In this document: positions 30,038 to 40,143 of the stretch, piece after piece
How the letters are laid out: each line of letters starts with the position of its first letter
Numbering within the stretch: position 1 is the first letter of the stretch
Virus record (IMG/VR): IMGVR_UViG_3300047409_000364
Coordinates: 1,588 to 65,587 of that record
Direction: 5' to 3' (one strand)
Source of the DNA: a virus
Taxonomy: Duplodnaviria > Caudoviricetes
Length of the DNA: 64,000 bases
Program-made: the position numbers and the translations under genes
The notes under the pieces: model-generated
Databases searched by the model: none
What the model was told of the DNA's origin: nothing
The model's input: only the letters and a program-made list of their open reading frames with translations

Positions 30038-30802
30038 CTACCTCACGACCGTTTCGGTCTTGGCAAAGATTCGGATGCCCTCAATTTTCAGGGCGCATTT
30101 CCCATCGCGGTCAGTGTTGGCCTTGATAGCGGCGCGAATCGCTCCGTCGTCGACCCTGAGATAAAGGCGGGGCACGGCGTCCTTTTCGACAATCTCATGC
30201 TCCCATGTCGTGCGCAGCGACGCCACGGAGCCGATGGTCGAGCGGTTGCGGGTGAGCTCGGCGGCCTTGACGCCCGCCTCCTCCTTGGCGACCTGGGCGA
30301 GTGCCCTGGCGGCGTTGGCTTCGTCCCGCAGGCGCTTGGCCTCAACCTCGTCGCCAGCCTTCTTGGCGGCCCTGGCGGCGCGCTCAGCCTCTTGGGCAAC
30401 CCGACGCTCCTCGGCGGCGATCGCCTCCCGGCGCCTGCGCTCCTCGTCCGCAACCCGTCGCTGGTAGGCTGTCAGCAGCGCCCCAGCGGCTTGCTTCACC
30501 CGGTCGACCGGATCACTCAGGGCCTTGAAAAACCCATCCACGGCCCTCCCAGAGGCTAGGAAGGGCTCTTTGGCAGACACTCGGGCGGCATCGGCGTTCT
30601 TGGTATAGGCGGTACACGCCTTCACTGCGTCTGCAAGTTTGGCCGCCGTGTCCTCGTCGTCGCATGACGCCGGCAGGCGGTCCTTCATGTCGACCAGCTC
30701 TTGGCCGCGCTCTATGAAAAATTGGTACATCGCCTCCAACTTGGTGCGCAGGATCTCGATCTCTTCGGGCGGCTTGTTATGGCCCAGCATAGCGTCGGTC
30801 AT
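30038..30802 (-). CDS. Coiled-coil phage protein next to the recombinase
   Basis: GHNKPP start, ARVSAKEPFLASGRAVDGFF, RTTWEHEI, IEGIRIF. Confidence 0.7.
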   Translation of the reverse strand: MTDAMLGHNKPPEEIEILRTKLEAMYQFFIERGQELVDMKDRLPASCDDEDTAAKLADAVKACTAYTKNADAARVSAKEPFLASGRAVDGFFKALSDPVDRVKQAAGALLTAYQRRVADEERRRREAIAAEERRVAQEAERAARAAKKAGDEVEAKRLRDEANAARALAQVAKEEAGVKAAELTRNRSTIGSVASLRTTWEHEIVEKDAVPRLYLRVDDGAIRAAIKANTDRDGKCALKIEGIRIFAKTETVVR

Positions 30803-30812
30803 GTCTTCCCCT

Positions 30813-31151
30813 TCAAAACGGCGGCTTCAGCTTCATTAGATCGACGGCTACGCTGGGAGCTGCGTCGGCGTGGTGCGGCGCGTATTTGGTCGACCATTCG
30901 GAGTGAGCGATTAGATGCTGATATTGGGCCTTGGTGATCGACTCAATGTTCCTCAAGAACATCCCCTCCACCTCGACCGGCGTGTGATCGCCCTGCAAGA
31001 TCGCCCGGCTCGTCGTCTCGTTGCGCACGAGGCACTGCCAGGAATGCGAGCGGTCCTGTTCCTCGCCGTCGCGGATCGGCATGCCGAACCAAGTCATCAC
31101 CCCGATATAGGGGCCGTCTTTGACCAAGCGCGCTGACCAGTAATGGATCAC
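30813..31151 (-). CDS. Hypothetical phage protein
   Basis: YWSARLVKDGPY...GEEQDRS; GTG start coupled to the upstream stop. Confidence 0.6.
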   Translation of the reverse strand: MIHYWSARLVKDGPYIGVMTWFGMPIRDGEEQDRSHSWQCLVRNETTSRAILQGDHTPVEVEGMFLRNIESITKAQYQHLIAHSEWSTKYAPHHADAAPSVAVDLMKLKPPF

Positions 31152-32247
31152 GAGACTTTTCCCGAATGCTGGATCGCCTTTGCCACAAACTCCGGCGCCA
31201 TGCGAAGGGCGGTCAGCGTGTAGCGGGCGGCGCTGACGATCGAGACGGTGTCGGCGCCGTTCTCCTTTGCGGCGTCCCGGTAGCATTCGAGCAATGCCAG
31301 TTCGGCGTTCTGACGTCGCGCCTCCCGCGCCTTTTTATCACGATCTAACTTGGCGCTGCGGCGCGCCGCCTTGAGCGACGCGGTCACGCTGTAGTTAAGG
31401 ACGTCGCGATAATGGCGATACCAATCCCGCTGCGTCATGGATGCACCTGAGAAAGAGCCCACACGGCCGCCGCACACGCCGCCAAACAGGCGGCGCCAAC
31501 GAAGCCTGCGCCGAGCCTCACCATGGGGTGGTGCGGATAGCGATCAAAGGCCGTGCCGAGGCACCCCAGCGCACCAAGGGCCATGAAGAAGATAAATCCA
31601 GCGATCGCGCCCATGGGATCCATCACAGCCGCCACCCGTGAATCACCAGGAACGCGCCGCAGGTCGCGACCAGAAAGGCCAGCGACATTGCGCAGACGTA
31701 GAGGACGTCGGTCATGGCTTGTTCGCCTTGGCGACCCTGTTGTGAACATCGGCTATCAGCGCGAGGACGCTTTCGGTCATCGCCTCTGCATAGCCTTCGT
31801 TCAGTTCGCCTTTTGCTTTGAGTTCGTTCAGCAATGCCATCTTGCCATTGGCCGCCTCAACGGCGGAAATCAGTTGTTTAATGTCCAGGCGCGGAGTGGG
31901 CATCGGCTTGGGTGCCTTCTCAACTTCTGCAGGGATGCTCGCCGCCTCCCGCTTCATCCAGTCAGGTGCGTCAGTCATCGCAACCACAGCCCGCGGCTCC
32001 CCATGACGTAGGTGTATCCACGCTGCCGTAGCCACAGGGCGGCCCACGACGGCGCGAAGTTGGCGAGCAGGATGCCGCTGCGGCTATCTCTGATCTCGAC
32101 ACGATGCTCGATAGTCTCCGTGCCCACGCCGGTCTGGATATGGTGGAGGGAGATCGCGCGCGGACCCTCGAGCGTCGGTGCTGGGCATAGGCCGTCGTTG
32201 GCCAGGGCGACTGCGTCGAGGGGGTCGCCGATGTCAGGGTAGCTCAT
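31148..32247 (-). other. Cluster of coupled small leftward ORFs (31148-31438, 31435-31623 TM, 31712-31978, 31975-32247)
   Basis: ATGA overlaps and an RBS before 32247; no recognisable families. Confidence 0.55.
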
Positions 32248-32348
32248 GTCAGTCGTTCCTCGCTCGGGTTGGGCATGGCCACTATAAAAACTGAAAACTG
32301 AAAATAGGTCAAGTTGACTTTTGAAAATGACCGCATCTAAAATGGGGC
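32248..32348. promoter_or_regulatory. Divergent promoter/operator region
   Basis: AT-rich; back-to-back -35 boxes in GTCAAGTTGAC; TTGACT-N18-TAAAAT ends 5 nt before ATG 32349; repeated TGAAAA. Confidence 0.7.
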
Positions 32349-32537
32349 ATGACCCAACGCCAGGCCCTAGCCCTAGTAAACAGCCACTTCAAGTCGGATG
32401 GAATTGCCGGCATCAAAGCCCTTGCGGAACGGTTGAGGGTGCCGTGGATGACCGTCTACCAGTGGAAGCGCAATGAGGGGGTGCCGCGATGGCACCTCGA
32501 TCGTTTCAACAGGGCCCTCGGTAAGAGGGCGGCCTGA
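32349..32537 (+). CDS. Cro-like HTH regulator
   Basis: GIKALAERLRVPWMTVYQWKRNEGVP; first gene after the divergent promoter. Confidence 0.7.
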   Translation: MTQRQALALVNSHFKSDGIAGIKALAERLRVPWMTVYQWKRNEGVPRWHLDRFNRALGKRAA

Positions 32538-32863
32538 TGGGCCGGCGCGCACAAGAAATACGGGCCGAGATCGCGTCATTGAAGACGAAAATCCAGACGT
32601 TGCGCGTCGAGCTCCGAGCGGAATACGCGACGCAGAAGAATGAAATTGTGGTGCTGCGCAAGGCGGGGCTTGGGCTGCATGAGATCGCCGCCAAGCTCGG
32701 CGTCCCCTACACCATCGTCGTGAACAACCTGCACCGCGCGTCGGTGCGGCGCCCTGGCAAGAGGCTGTACGACTACAGTCCGCGCCAGCAATGCCAATAC
32801 AGGAAAGCCCGACGATCCGGCGTGAGCGCGGAGGAAGCACGCGCCGCTGCGGGCATGGATTGA
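32537..32863 (+). CDS. HTH protein with N-terminal coiled coil
   Basis: IVVLRKAGLGLHEIAAKLGVPYTIV. Confidence 0.6.
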   Translation: MGRRAQEIRAEIASLKTKIQTLRVELRAEYATQKNEIVVLRKAGLGLHEIAAKLGVPYTIVVNNLHRASVRRPGKRLYDYSPRQQCQYRKARRSGVSAEEARAAAGMD

Positions 32864-32908
32864 GTTCCAAAGCGTAGTCCAAATCAACTTTCACTGGAGG
32901 TTTAGCCG

Positions 32909-33493
32909 ATGGCTCAGAGAGCACGAGGAAAGAAGAAGTCTGCATCCAAGGGCAAGATCCCGAGCAGGGGCCGGGTGGCGACACTGCCGAAGCAATCGAA
33001 GAAGCGGCGCGGGCGGGGCGACAACAGCGGCGACCACGCACTGAGCAACGATGACGTCCTGTACCACGGCGCGCAGCTCGACGCGGCCCGCAACAAGATG
33101 AAGTCGATTACGGAGGAGCTTGACCAGGCCCGCGGCGTCTACCGCAGCCGGCGCAAGACCGCGAAGTCGGCGGGCTACAATCTCGCGGCCTACGACATCA
33201 ACGTGAAACTCAAGACGCAGGACATGGGCCATATCCAGGTCGACTATGCTGATGCTGGCCGCTACCTGCGGCTCGAGGGGTCGCCCTTGGCTACCCAACT
33301 CAGCCTCTTCCAGAACATGGAAGCCCCGGCGCCCGAGGTCGACGCGCTGCTACAGGGGGAGGCGGCCGGGAAGAACGCCGAACCTGCCGAGAACAATCCC
33401 TTCCTGGCTGGCAGCGACAACTTCGCGAGGTGGGCCGAAGGCTGGGCGAGCGGACAGTTGGAAAACGCCAAGACTTTTTCTCAACAGCAATGA
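32909..33493 (+). CDS. GapR/UPF0335-like protein with RMF-like C-terminal motif
   Basis: GDNS, GVYRSRRKTAKSAGYNLAAYDINVKLKTQD; GEAAG...NPF...WAEGWASG; GGAGG RBS. Confidence 0.55.
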   Translation: MAQRARGKKKSASKGKIPSRGRVATLPKQSKKRRGRGDNSGDHALSNDDVLYHGAQLDAARNKMKSITEELDQARGVYRSRRKTAKSAGYNLAAYDINVKLKTQDMGHIQVDYADAGRYLRLEGSPLATQLSLFQNMEAPAPEVDALLQGEAAGKNAEPAENNPFLAGSDNFARWAEGWASGQLENAKTFSQQQ

Positions 33494-34011
33494 CGTCGCT
33501 CTTGGCGATCGACGCGAGCAAGGCCGTAGGAGTCGCGTTCTTCGCCTCACCTACGGCCAAGCCGCAATGCCAGACGTGGCATGGTCGCGGGTCTTGGGAT
33601 TCGGATGAAATGGGGTCGTTCTTTTCCGAGTTCGAAAGCTGGCTGATCGACCTGCTGCGCGTAATGCGGCCACAGATATTGGCATTTGAATCGCCCCTCC
33701 TATTGCCGCGGCAGAAGGGGCGCGGCACCGATGAGCAACAGGTGCGGCGCCTGATTGGGATGGCGACGATCGCTGAGAAGGTGGCCTATCAGACGGTAAT
33801 TCGATGCTGGGAGGTCAATGTGCAGGACGTGAAGTCACACGCCGGGGTGCCGGGGCGTCGACCCGAGGGAATGACCAAGGGCCAGTACAAGGATCTTATG
33901 ACGATCGCGATGACGGCGCTCGGCTATGAATGCGCCGATTCGCATCAAAGTGACGCGGCGTGCGTTGCGCGCGTGGTCTATGACCAGTTGGGGGAGCTGA
34001 ATGCCGACTGA
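33490..34011 (+). CDS. RuvC-like Holliday junction resolvase
   Basis: LLAIDAS..VGVA, LAFESP, VKSHAG, HQSDAACV acidic tetrad. Confidence 0.75.
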   Translation: MTSLLAIDASKAVGVAFFASPTAKPQCQTWHGRGSWDSDEMGSFFSEFESWLIDLLRVMRPQILAFESPLLLPRQKGRGTDEQQVRRLIGMATIAEKVAYQTVIRCWEVNVQDVKSHAGVPGRRPEGMTKGQYKDLMTIAMTALGYECADSHQSDAACVARVVYDQLGELNAD

Positions 34012-34183
34012 GCGCAGCCCGCATGGTAAGCGCTTGGACGAGCGGCGTATCCAGGCGATCAAGCGCGCGTGGCTGACGGGGGATGCGTCGACGACCGAGA
34101 TCGCGGCCAGCTTCGGCACATCGCGCGGGGCTATCCTGCGGCTTGCGAAGGAGCAGGGGTGGCCGCCGAGGTCATCCCCGTGA
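34001..34183 (+). CDS. Small HTH protein
   Basis: STTEIAASFGTSRGAILRLAKEQGW. Confidence 0.65.
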   Translation: MPTERSPHGKRLDERRIQAIKRAWLTGDASTTEIAASFGTSRGAILRLAKEQGWPPRSSP

Positions 34184-34188
34184 TTCAG

Positions 34189-34217
34189 TTGCAGAGCGGC
34201 GGCGGCAGGCGTATCGT
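34189..34217 (+). promoter_or_regulatory. Sigma70-like promoter TTGCAG-N17-TATCGT
   Basis: Consensus spacing at the start of a 430-bp intergenic region. Confidence 0.5.
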
Positions 34218-34223
34218 CCACAA

Positions 34224-34600
34224 ATGCCAACGCCCCCGGCAAAGGGGGCGCTGGACTGGTCCGAAGGGTGGCACCCCGATGGACCGGATGGCTGATGTAG
34301 CAGCCAATTGGGTAACGATTAAATTACCCGTTTGGTTTCCCTTCGTCCATCTGCACTTTCGGTGCCACGTACTGAGTGCCGGGAGACTTTCCGGGTGCAG
34401 CGTTTACGCTTCTCCCCGGTTTCCGGCCCTGCGACACGGGCGGCGTAATGGGTTCGATTGGCTTGCAAGCGCCCGCAGTAGGCATTCAGTAGTGAGTAAC
34501 CGGCTTGTGGGTGAAACGGACCCATACGCCGGAAATCTTTCATGTCTTTCAGAGTCTTAGCTTTCAAGAGTCCTTTGAACGATCATCACTGAAGCCGCGC
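34224..34600 (+). ncRNA. Candidate structured non-coding RNA or origin region
   Basis: Series of hairpins, no convincing ORF, T-rich tail. Confidence 0.4.
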
Positions 34601-34612
34601 GAGGGAAGGGCG

Positions 34613-35110
34613 ATGATTAAGCCGCACGAAATCAGCAACAAGGCCGCCGCTCAGTTGGAGAGGCAGCACCGCACGCGGATGAAGAAAATGCGCGGCACCA
34701 ACCTGGTCGGCGGGAAGAAGTTCGGACAGTTGGGGCGCGTCGGAAAGGGGTCCAAGGTGCGTGTGCTGGCGGGGGAAGCGCTGGAAGCGCGCAAAGCCGA
34801 GATCGAGGCTCGGGCGAGGTCCGAGGGCGCGGCTGGTCCGGCCCATCTACATGACGTGATAACAGCGAAGCTGAAGCGCCAGAAGGCCAAGGAAACGAAG
34901 GATCTCCGCGAGCGCGTTTTGGGCAAGCCGATATGGCCCAGCGGCAAGAGGGCGAAAAAGCGCACCATTGCTGAGCGGCCGCCCGTCGCGCCGTTGCGCA
35001 AATGCGAGTCCCAGTCCGAGGACGTCTGCCGGGCGCTCGTCTGTCCGCGCCATCGTGGCCGGCTAGCCTATTGTCCGTGGGCACGAAACGGACACGTTAA
35101 CCACCACTGA
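34613..35110 (+). CDS. Basic hypothetical protein with Cys-rich C-terminus
   Basis: GAGGGAAGGG RBS; K/R-rich. Confidence 0.5.
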   Translation: MIKPHEISNKAAAQLERQHRTRMKKMRGTNLVGGKKFGQLGRVGKGSKVRVLAGEALEARKAEIEARARSEGAAGPAHLHDVITAKLKRQKAKETKDLRERVLGKPIWPSGKRAKKRTIAERPPVAPLRKCESQSEDVCRALVCPRHRGRLAYCPWARNGHVNHH

Positions 35111-35124
35111 TACCGCGAGGGCAA

Positions 35125-35292
35125 ATGGCGAATCGCAATCGAGCAGGAACGGCGCGGGCGAAAGAGCGAATCGCGCGGCTGAAAGCGCAGGGGCGTGGCC
35201 AATTTCTGAAGCCGGTTTTGTGGGATGGCGAGGCCAAGCCTAAGCGACGCCCGCGTTTCCGGCTGCGGTTTCTGCCGGGCAAGCACGCATGA
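35125..35292 (+). CDS. Small basic protein (55 aa, below the ORF-track cutoff)
   Basis: GAGG RBS, MANRNRAGTARAKE..., ATGA overlap with the next gene. Confidence 0.45.
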   Translation: MANRNRAGTARAKERIARLKAQGRGQFLKPVLWDGEAKPKRRPRFRLRFLPGKHA

Positions 35293-35639
35293 TCGAGCGG
35301 CGACTGAGCGCGAGCGTTAGGGCCGCGAGAGAGGCCCGCAAGGCAGCGGCAAAAATCGACGGTCGGGAAGATTATTTTGTCGCCTATTACCGTCATCGCC
35401 GCGATAGCGGCGGCGTTCAGCACACGCATTTAGTGCAGATACCGGAGGTGTCGCAGGAATCCGTGAAAGAGCTTTTCAAGACGATTACGTCTTGGGGGCA
35501 ACCTCATCGGGTGCTGGTGGTGTGCGATAGTGAAAAGCAATGTCGGCTGGCAGCGAGATTGGCGGATAAGTTTCTCCCCGACTATGAAAGCATTTCGGAA
35601 GAGCGGGCCATGGACGGTGGCTGGGGGCCGGTATCGTGA
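35289..35639 (+). CDS. Hypothetical protein
   Basis: Coupled ORF in the replication operon. Confidence 0.55.
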   Translation: MIERRLSASVRAAREARKAAAKIDGREDYFVAYYRHRRDSGGVQHTHLVQIPEVSQESVKELFKTITSWGQPHRVLVVCDSEKQCRLAARLADKFLPDYESISEERAMDGGWGPVS

Positions 35640-36061
35640 GCGACGTTCCGAGCCTGTTTCAAGATGGCGAGCTTGCGCCGCATCCGTCCAAGCAGGTGCA
35701 AGATGCCCTGGAAGCCTGGAATATGGCGGCGGCGGCCCACGGCTGGCCGCTGGCGCGAATCCTTGGTCCGTCGAGGGTGAAGGGCTTGAAACGGGCAATC
35801 GCGCTCAGCGGCGGCCTAATAGGCTGGAAGGCGGCCTTGGCAAAGGCGGGCGAGTCGTCGTTCTTGACGGGCAAGACCGGCCGAAATGGGGACCATGCGA
35901 ATTGGCGCCCGGACCTGGAGTTCTTTTGCAGCGAGAAGAAGCTGACCAAGATCTTAGAGGGCGGGTTCGACAATGCTGCGCCGGCTGCCGCCCGCGAATC
36001 CTGGCGCGAGAAGCAGGCCCGCGAGGCAAGAGAGGCCGTCGAGCGGGCGTTGCCGAAATGA
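35636..36061 (+). CDS. Replication initiator C-terminal-domain-like protein
   Basis: EAWN...SSFLTGK...NWRPDLEFFCSEKKLTKILEGGF resembles C-termini of lambdoid O-type initiators. Confidence 0.6.
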   Translation: MSDVPSLFQDGELAPHPSKQVQDALEAWNMAAAAHGWPLARILGPSRVKGLKRAIALSGGLIGWKAALAKAGESSFLTGKTGRNGDHANWRPDLEFFCSEKKLTKILEGGFDNAAPAAARESWREKQAREAREAVERALPK

Positions 36062-36258
36062 CCGGGTGGACGCTGACATGCCGTGGTGTCGATTGGGTGT
36101 GTCCCACTGAGCAGGATGCGCTCGGCGTTCTCTGCTACCTGCGCGATTACGGACGGGAACCGCTCGGCAAGATCACGGTGAACCCGTTGCCTTCCGAGAC
36201 GATGGCGGGGCTGCTGGCCAAGCTGCCCAATCAACAGGAACAGGGATCGCTTCTATGA
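36058..36258 (+). CDS. Small hypothetical protein
   Basis: ATGA-coupled at both ends. Confidence 0.5.
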   Translation: MTGWTLTCRGVDWVCPTEQDALGVLCYLRDYGREPLGKITVNPLPSETMAGLLAKLPNQQEQGSLL

Positions 36259-36980
36259 ACGTGCGCGAACTGCTGATAGCGATGACGGGCGGATTCAAGG
36301 GCTTCGACGCGCCGGCCGTGACGGCGATGGCCGACGTCTTCAAAAGAAAACTCGAGCGCTACGAGGGGCCGGAACTCGCCAACGCCTGGGTCGAAGTGGC
36401 GGCTTCGTTCAAGGCCACTGGCAACAAGCCCTATCCTCTGCCGGCAGATTTCGAGGACGTGCTGCCGCGTGCAGCCAAGATGCCGAAGGGCAGCGGCCCG
36501 GTGCTGGACTTCAAGGCGCGCGGCGAGCGAAAAAGTGCATTAATGGAGGAGTGGCGGGCGAGCCAACGGCCCGAGATCGCCAATATGCTAGGGCCGCGCG
36601 TGGCGTTCTGGTGCGAGGCAGAAGTGCGGGACCGGGCGGGGCTGCTGGCCTGGAAGTCGGACGCGCCCACGACGATCCGGCTGGGCGACAAAGACATCAA
36701 AAAGATATTCGAGTCGGTGGTGAGCCGAGACCGGATGGATGCCTTCGGGCCTGCGGTGCTGGATAAGCCGGCCTATGGCGAGGTCGCCCGCGAGCAAATG
36801 GAAAAGTGCAGAACGATAGTCGCGCGGGGCGGGTATTCGCGGGAGGAGATCGCGGAGCCTGTCGAGGGACGCCGTCCGGCGCACAAGGGGCCGACCGTGG
36901 ATCTTCGCGAGGATGAGTTCACAGAAACGCCGCCGCCCTGGTTGGACGACGGCGCGCCGCCTGCGGAGGATTACAGCTAG
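36255..36980 (+). CDS. Putative helicase-loader-like replication protein
   Basis: Position after the initiator-like gene; LERYEGPELANAW...YPLPADF. Confidence 0.4.
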   Translation: MNVRELLIAMTGGFKGFDAPAVTAMADVFKRKLERYEGPELANAWVEVAASFKATGNKPYPLPADFEDVLPRAAKMPKGSGPVLDFKARGERKSALMEEWRASQRPEIANMLGPRVAFWCEAEVRDRAGLLAWKSDAPTTIRLGDKDIKKIFESVVSRDRMDAFGPAVLDKPAYGEVAREQMEKCRTIVARGGYSREEIAEPVEGRRPAHKGPTVDLREDEFTETPPPWLDDGAPPAEDYS

Positions 36981-39600
36981 GCCGGGGTAACGCTCGCCAT
37001 ATGCCAGTCGATATTGCGCTCTGGTGGAAACAGGCGCTTGGCGAGGGCTTTTGCTGCATGTAGGGATGATGCTTCGATGATCTTAGTATCAGCGAGCATT
37101 TCACGTAGGACGGGCGAGCGTGTGACGGGCTCAAATCTGACGGCGAACCGCATGGGTCACTCCACGATGATAGCGCAGCCGAACGGCCGCGCGGGGTCGA
37201 TTTCGAGCTGGCCTATGATGAGGTCGGCCAGAACGTCGAGCGCGTGCGGTGTGGCGATGAGCTGCGGCGCGGCGTGCTTGGCGATTTCCAGGGCGGCGGT
37301 TGCCAATTCTGCGGTAGGCCAATCTTCCAGGGTGATCCTGCGACCATCGGGCAACCATCCTATCGCACGATGAATCGTGAGGCGGTCGGCTTCGTACTGC
37401 TCGGCGCTGACGTTGGGGAGTAAGGGGTCGGTCATGGTTTGCCTTTCTGCGGTTGGTCGAACAAGTCTGCGGTCGTTTTGCCTTTGCGCAGGCCGGAGAA
37501 CATATCCGGCGTGAGCGGGCAGGCGGCGCGCGAAAGGTGCGTGCCTAGCTTGCCCTGGGTGGCGCGTTCGCGGGCGTGGAAGTCGGCTAGGGTCTCGCCC
37601 ATTAGTCGCCGCTCGCTATCCAAGCGGCGGCGGTCGCGGTTGCGGTCGTAGGTCACAGAAGATTCTCCATTTCCTCGGTGAGGTTGCCGTCGTCGTCGAA
37701 TACTGGCACGGGCTCAAAGTCTCGGTCGTCGATTCGCTCCGCATAGAGCGGCCAAGGTCGGCGAGAATTAAGGGGGCGCGTCAGAAGGTATCGCGCCGCT
37801 CCGGCAATTAGCGTGAGGTTGGCAACGTAAATGCTGCCATCCTCGTCGCGCTGTTCAATATCGAAGTGCTCTACGTCCTCTTGTGAGAAGCGGGCCGCGC
37901 GTGTCCCTGCCGTTTCCATGGCGATGTAAAGTGCGCCATAGCATTTTAGCAGGGACGCCTCGTTGAAAAGATCGCGGGGGATGACACGTTGGTATGTCAC
38001 GGCCGCACCGTCGCCGTGCTAATGTTGATATTCGGGTCATAGCCGCCAACCTTGGCAAGCTCCAAGTCGGCGGCCATGCGGGTGAGCTGCTGGGCGTTGT
38101 ACTCGAACATGGTGGGATCGCCTCCGCTCTGCTTCATAAGCCGCGCGGTCAGCCGGTAGAGGTCGGCCAGGGCTGCGGCGTTTTCGGCCGTGGGATGCTC
38201 CTGGAGTTCGGCAATGCCGGACTCCGAAGTGACGACCAAGGCCGCGATGATCGCCAACAGGTCGGCGCGGTCGATGATGATGCCGCTCATGGCCGCGCCT
38301 CCGTGTGATAGTGGCGTTGCGCTGCTTCAAGCACACAATCCACGTCAAGCCCGTGGTATTGTGCATAGTGCAGCAAGTCGGCCATTAGATCGGTGATGGT
38401 GTCGGCGTCGATTACGCCGGGGCCGCGAAAGGCCACTAATGCGCGGCGAGCCATTGCCCGATATTTGGCAAGGTCGGCCAAGGTTGTGTCGCTCATGACT
38501 CTCCCCCTGTGATGCCTGCGGCCTCGGCCTGGGCGATGGCGGTTGCGATAGCGTCCCAAGTGTTGATCCCATCGGCGGGACCGCGTGCGAGCCATGGCGC
38601 TGCCTGCGGGCAACCCTGCACCTGTCGCAGCGCGGCCAGCATGGCGCGGGCTGCGTCTGCGGTGGCGGGCGCGTTGGCGATTAGCGCCGCGTTGCCTGCA
38701 ATCTTGCCCGACCACTTGTCGAGGGCCGCGAGGGCGGCGCGTAGCTCGTCGCGCTCGTCAATGGCGCAATCCAAGGGGTCGCGGTGTGCGGTCGGGATGG
38801 TGAGTCCGTTCCTGTCCCAGAGATTGCCGCGCTGCTCGCAGTCCTCGGCTGCCTCGCGCGTGCCACAAGGCGCAATCTTGCTGATGAACGATTCGCCGCT
38901 GTCGTCGTAGGTGCGCTGGCTGTCGTAGTCGGCTTCCTCGTAGGCGAGCTTGCACGCTTCCTCTAGGGTCGGCGCGCTTACGGCCACGTCCACCCACGCG
39001 GTATTGTGCCATTCGATGCGTGCAACAAAGTGCTTTAGCTTCTGCTTGGTTTCGGTCGTCATTGTCTGTCCCTTTCGTTTGTTTTTACGCTTGGTACTCA
39101 ATGCAGCGCGCTCGTGGGGAGTGCGCTGTTAGGAGTGCCATGGCGGTCCCTTTCTTTGTTAGGCGATGCGGTTAAAGGTGGTTTCGCCGTCGTCGATAGC
39201 GGCGGGGTTGGTTTCGCCGCGCTCGGTCTCGGCCACAAAGGCGCGGCGTTCCTCGGCGTCGGCCAGGGGATCGTCGGGGCAATCAAGTGCCATGATCGCG
39301 CGGGCCTTTTCGATTAGGCTCCGTAGCGTTTCCTCGTAGTCGGATGCTTCGGGGTCCATTGCGGCAATGTCGCGGACCATCATAAAACTCTGAATCTCTT
39401 GCTCTTCCATGTGTCGGTTCCCTTTCGTTGTGATGCTCTAGCGCATCGCACTAGACCGGCCGGAGTCGGTCTAGGTCGCTGGGCTAGAGTCGGATCGGCT
39501 CTCGGTTGACCACGGTATAGACGCGCGACAGGTCGATGCGGGTTAGCTGGTAATGCGCTACCAGCGAGAGAGCGCGCCAAATGTAAGTATTGATCGTCAT
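36977..39600 (-). other. Cluster of small leftward early ORFs (36977-37153, 37157-37435, 37432-37656, 37653-38000, 37997-38290, 38287-38496, 38493-39062, 39159-39410, 39484-39600)
   Basis: Coupled starts/stops and GAAAGG RBSs; 38287-38496 has ITDLMADLLHY (MazG-like helical motif). Confidence 0.6.
39411..39483 (-). ncRNA. Repeated intergenic two-hairpin element, copy A
   Basis: CAGCGAC-CTAGACCG/CGGTCTAG-TGC-GATGC/GCATC-ACAACGAAAGG-ATG. Confidence 0.7.
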
Positions 39601-39604
39601 GGGC

Positions 39605-39949
39605 CTATCCTTTGTGAGTGTGCCAAGTCTGGCCGTTGTCGTGGCTGTGATGGCCGTGGGCTACGGCCTGCCGGTTGACGCTGCGGCCGCTCAATGCCTC
39701 GGCCGCTGCGATCTTCGCTTTTGCCAGGGCTGAGCCGGTGGCCATGACGCGGCGATACATGCAAGCGTCGGTGACTCCGTCGCGCTCCTGGTCCGTGAGA
39801 CCAACAAAGGCGACTCCGCCCGTGGGGCCGATATTGACCCGCACGCGGTTGGTGGCGAGTCCCTGGGCCAGGGTGGCAACGGCGCGGCGGATTTCTTCGG
39901 CGCGCTGTTGGATCGTCTGGCGGGGTTTTAGCTTCGTGTCGCAGGGCAT
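39605..39949 (-). CDS. Small protein with His-rich tail (AAA-operon partner)
   Basis: VRVNIGPTGGV...DAC...AEALSG, HGHHSHD; GGAGG RBS. Confidence 0.65.
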   Translation of the reverse strand: MPCDTKLKPRQTIQQRAEEIRRAVATLAQGLATNRVRVNIGPTGGVAFVGLTDQERDGVTDACMYRRVMATGSALAKAKIAAAEALSGRSVNRQAVAHGHHSHDNGQTWHTHKG

Positions 39950-39951
39950 GG

Positions 39952-40143
39952 CTAAGCCTCCTGGGTGAAGTGAGCCGGGAGGAGATAGGCGGCGTCCCAA
40001 CGCTGGCAGGCGCGGCGCATGGCCGTGCGGAAGCCGTGGCGATAGGCGGCCCGTTGTGACCGGCTCATGCGGGCGGACTGGTCCGGCCGTCCGGCGCGGC
40101 AGTCGCGCGCGCCGTGGGTGTAGGGGTCGAGATAATGAGACAT
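39952..40143 (-). CDS. Small basic hypothetical protein
   Basis: GAAAGG RBS downstream of element B. Confidence 0.55.
   Translation of the reverse strand: MSHYLDPYTHGARDCRAGRPDQSARMSRSQRAAYRHGFRTAMRRACQRWDAAYLLPAHFTQEA

Noticed and set aside
34224-34600. tRNA or tmRNA
   Set aside because: No cloverleaf with a proper T-arm and acceptor stem could be built, despite a GGTTCGA at about 34451.
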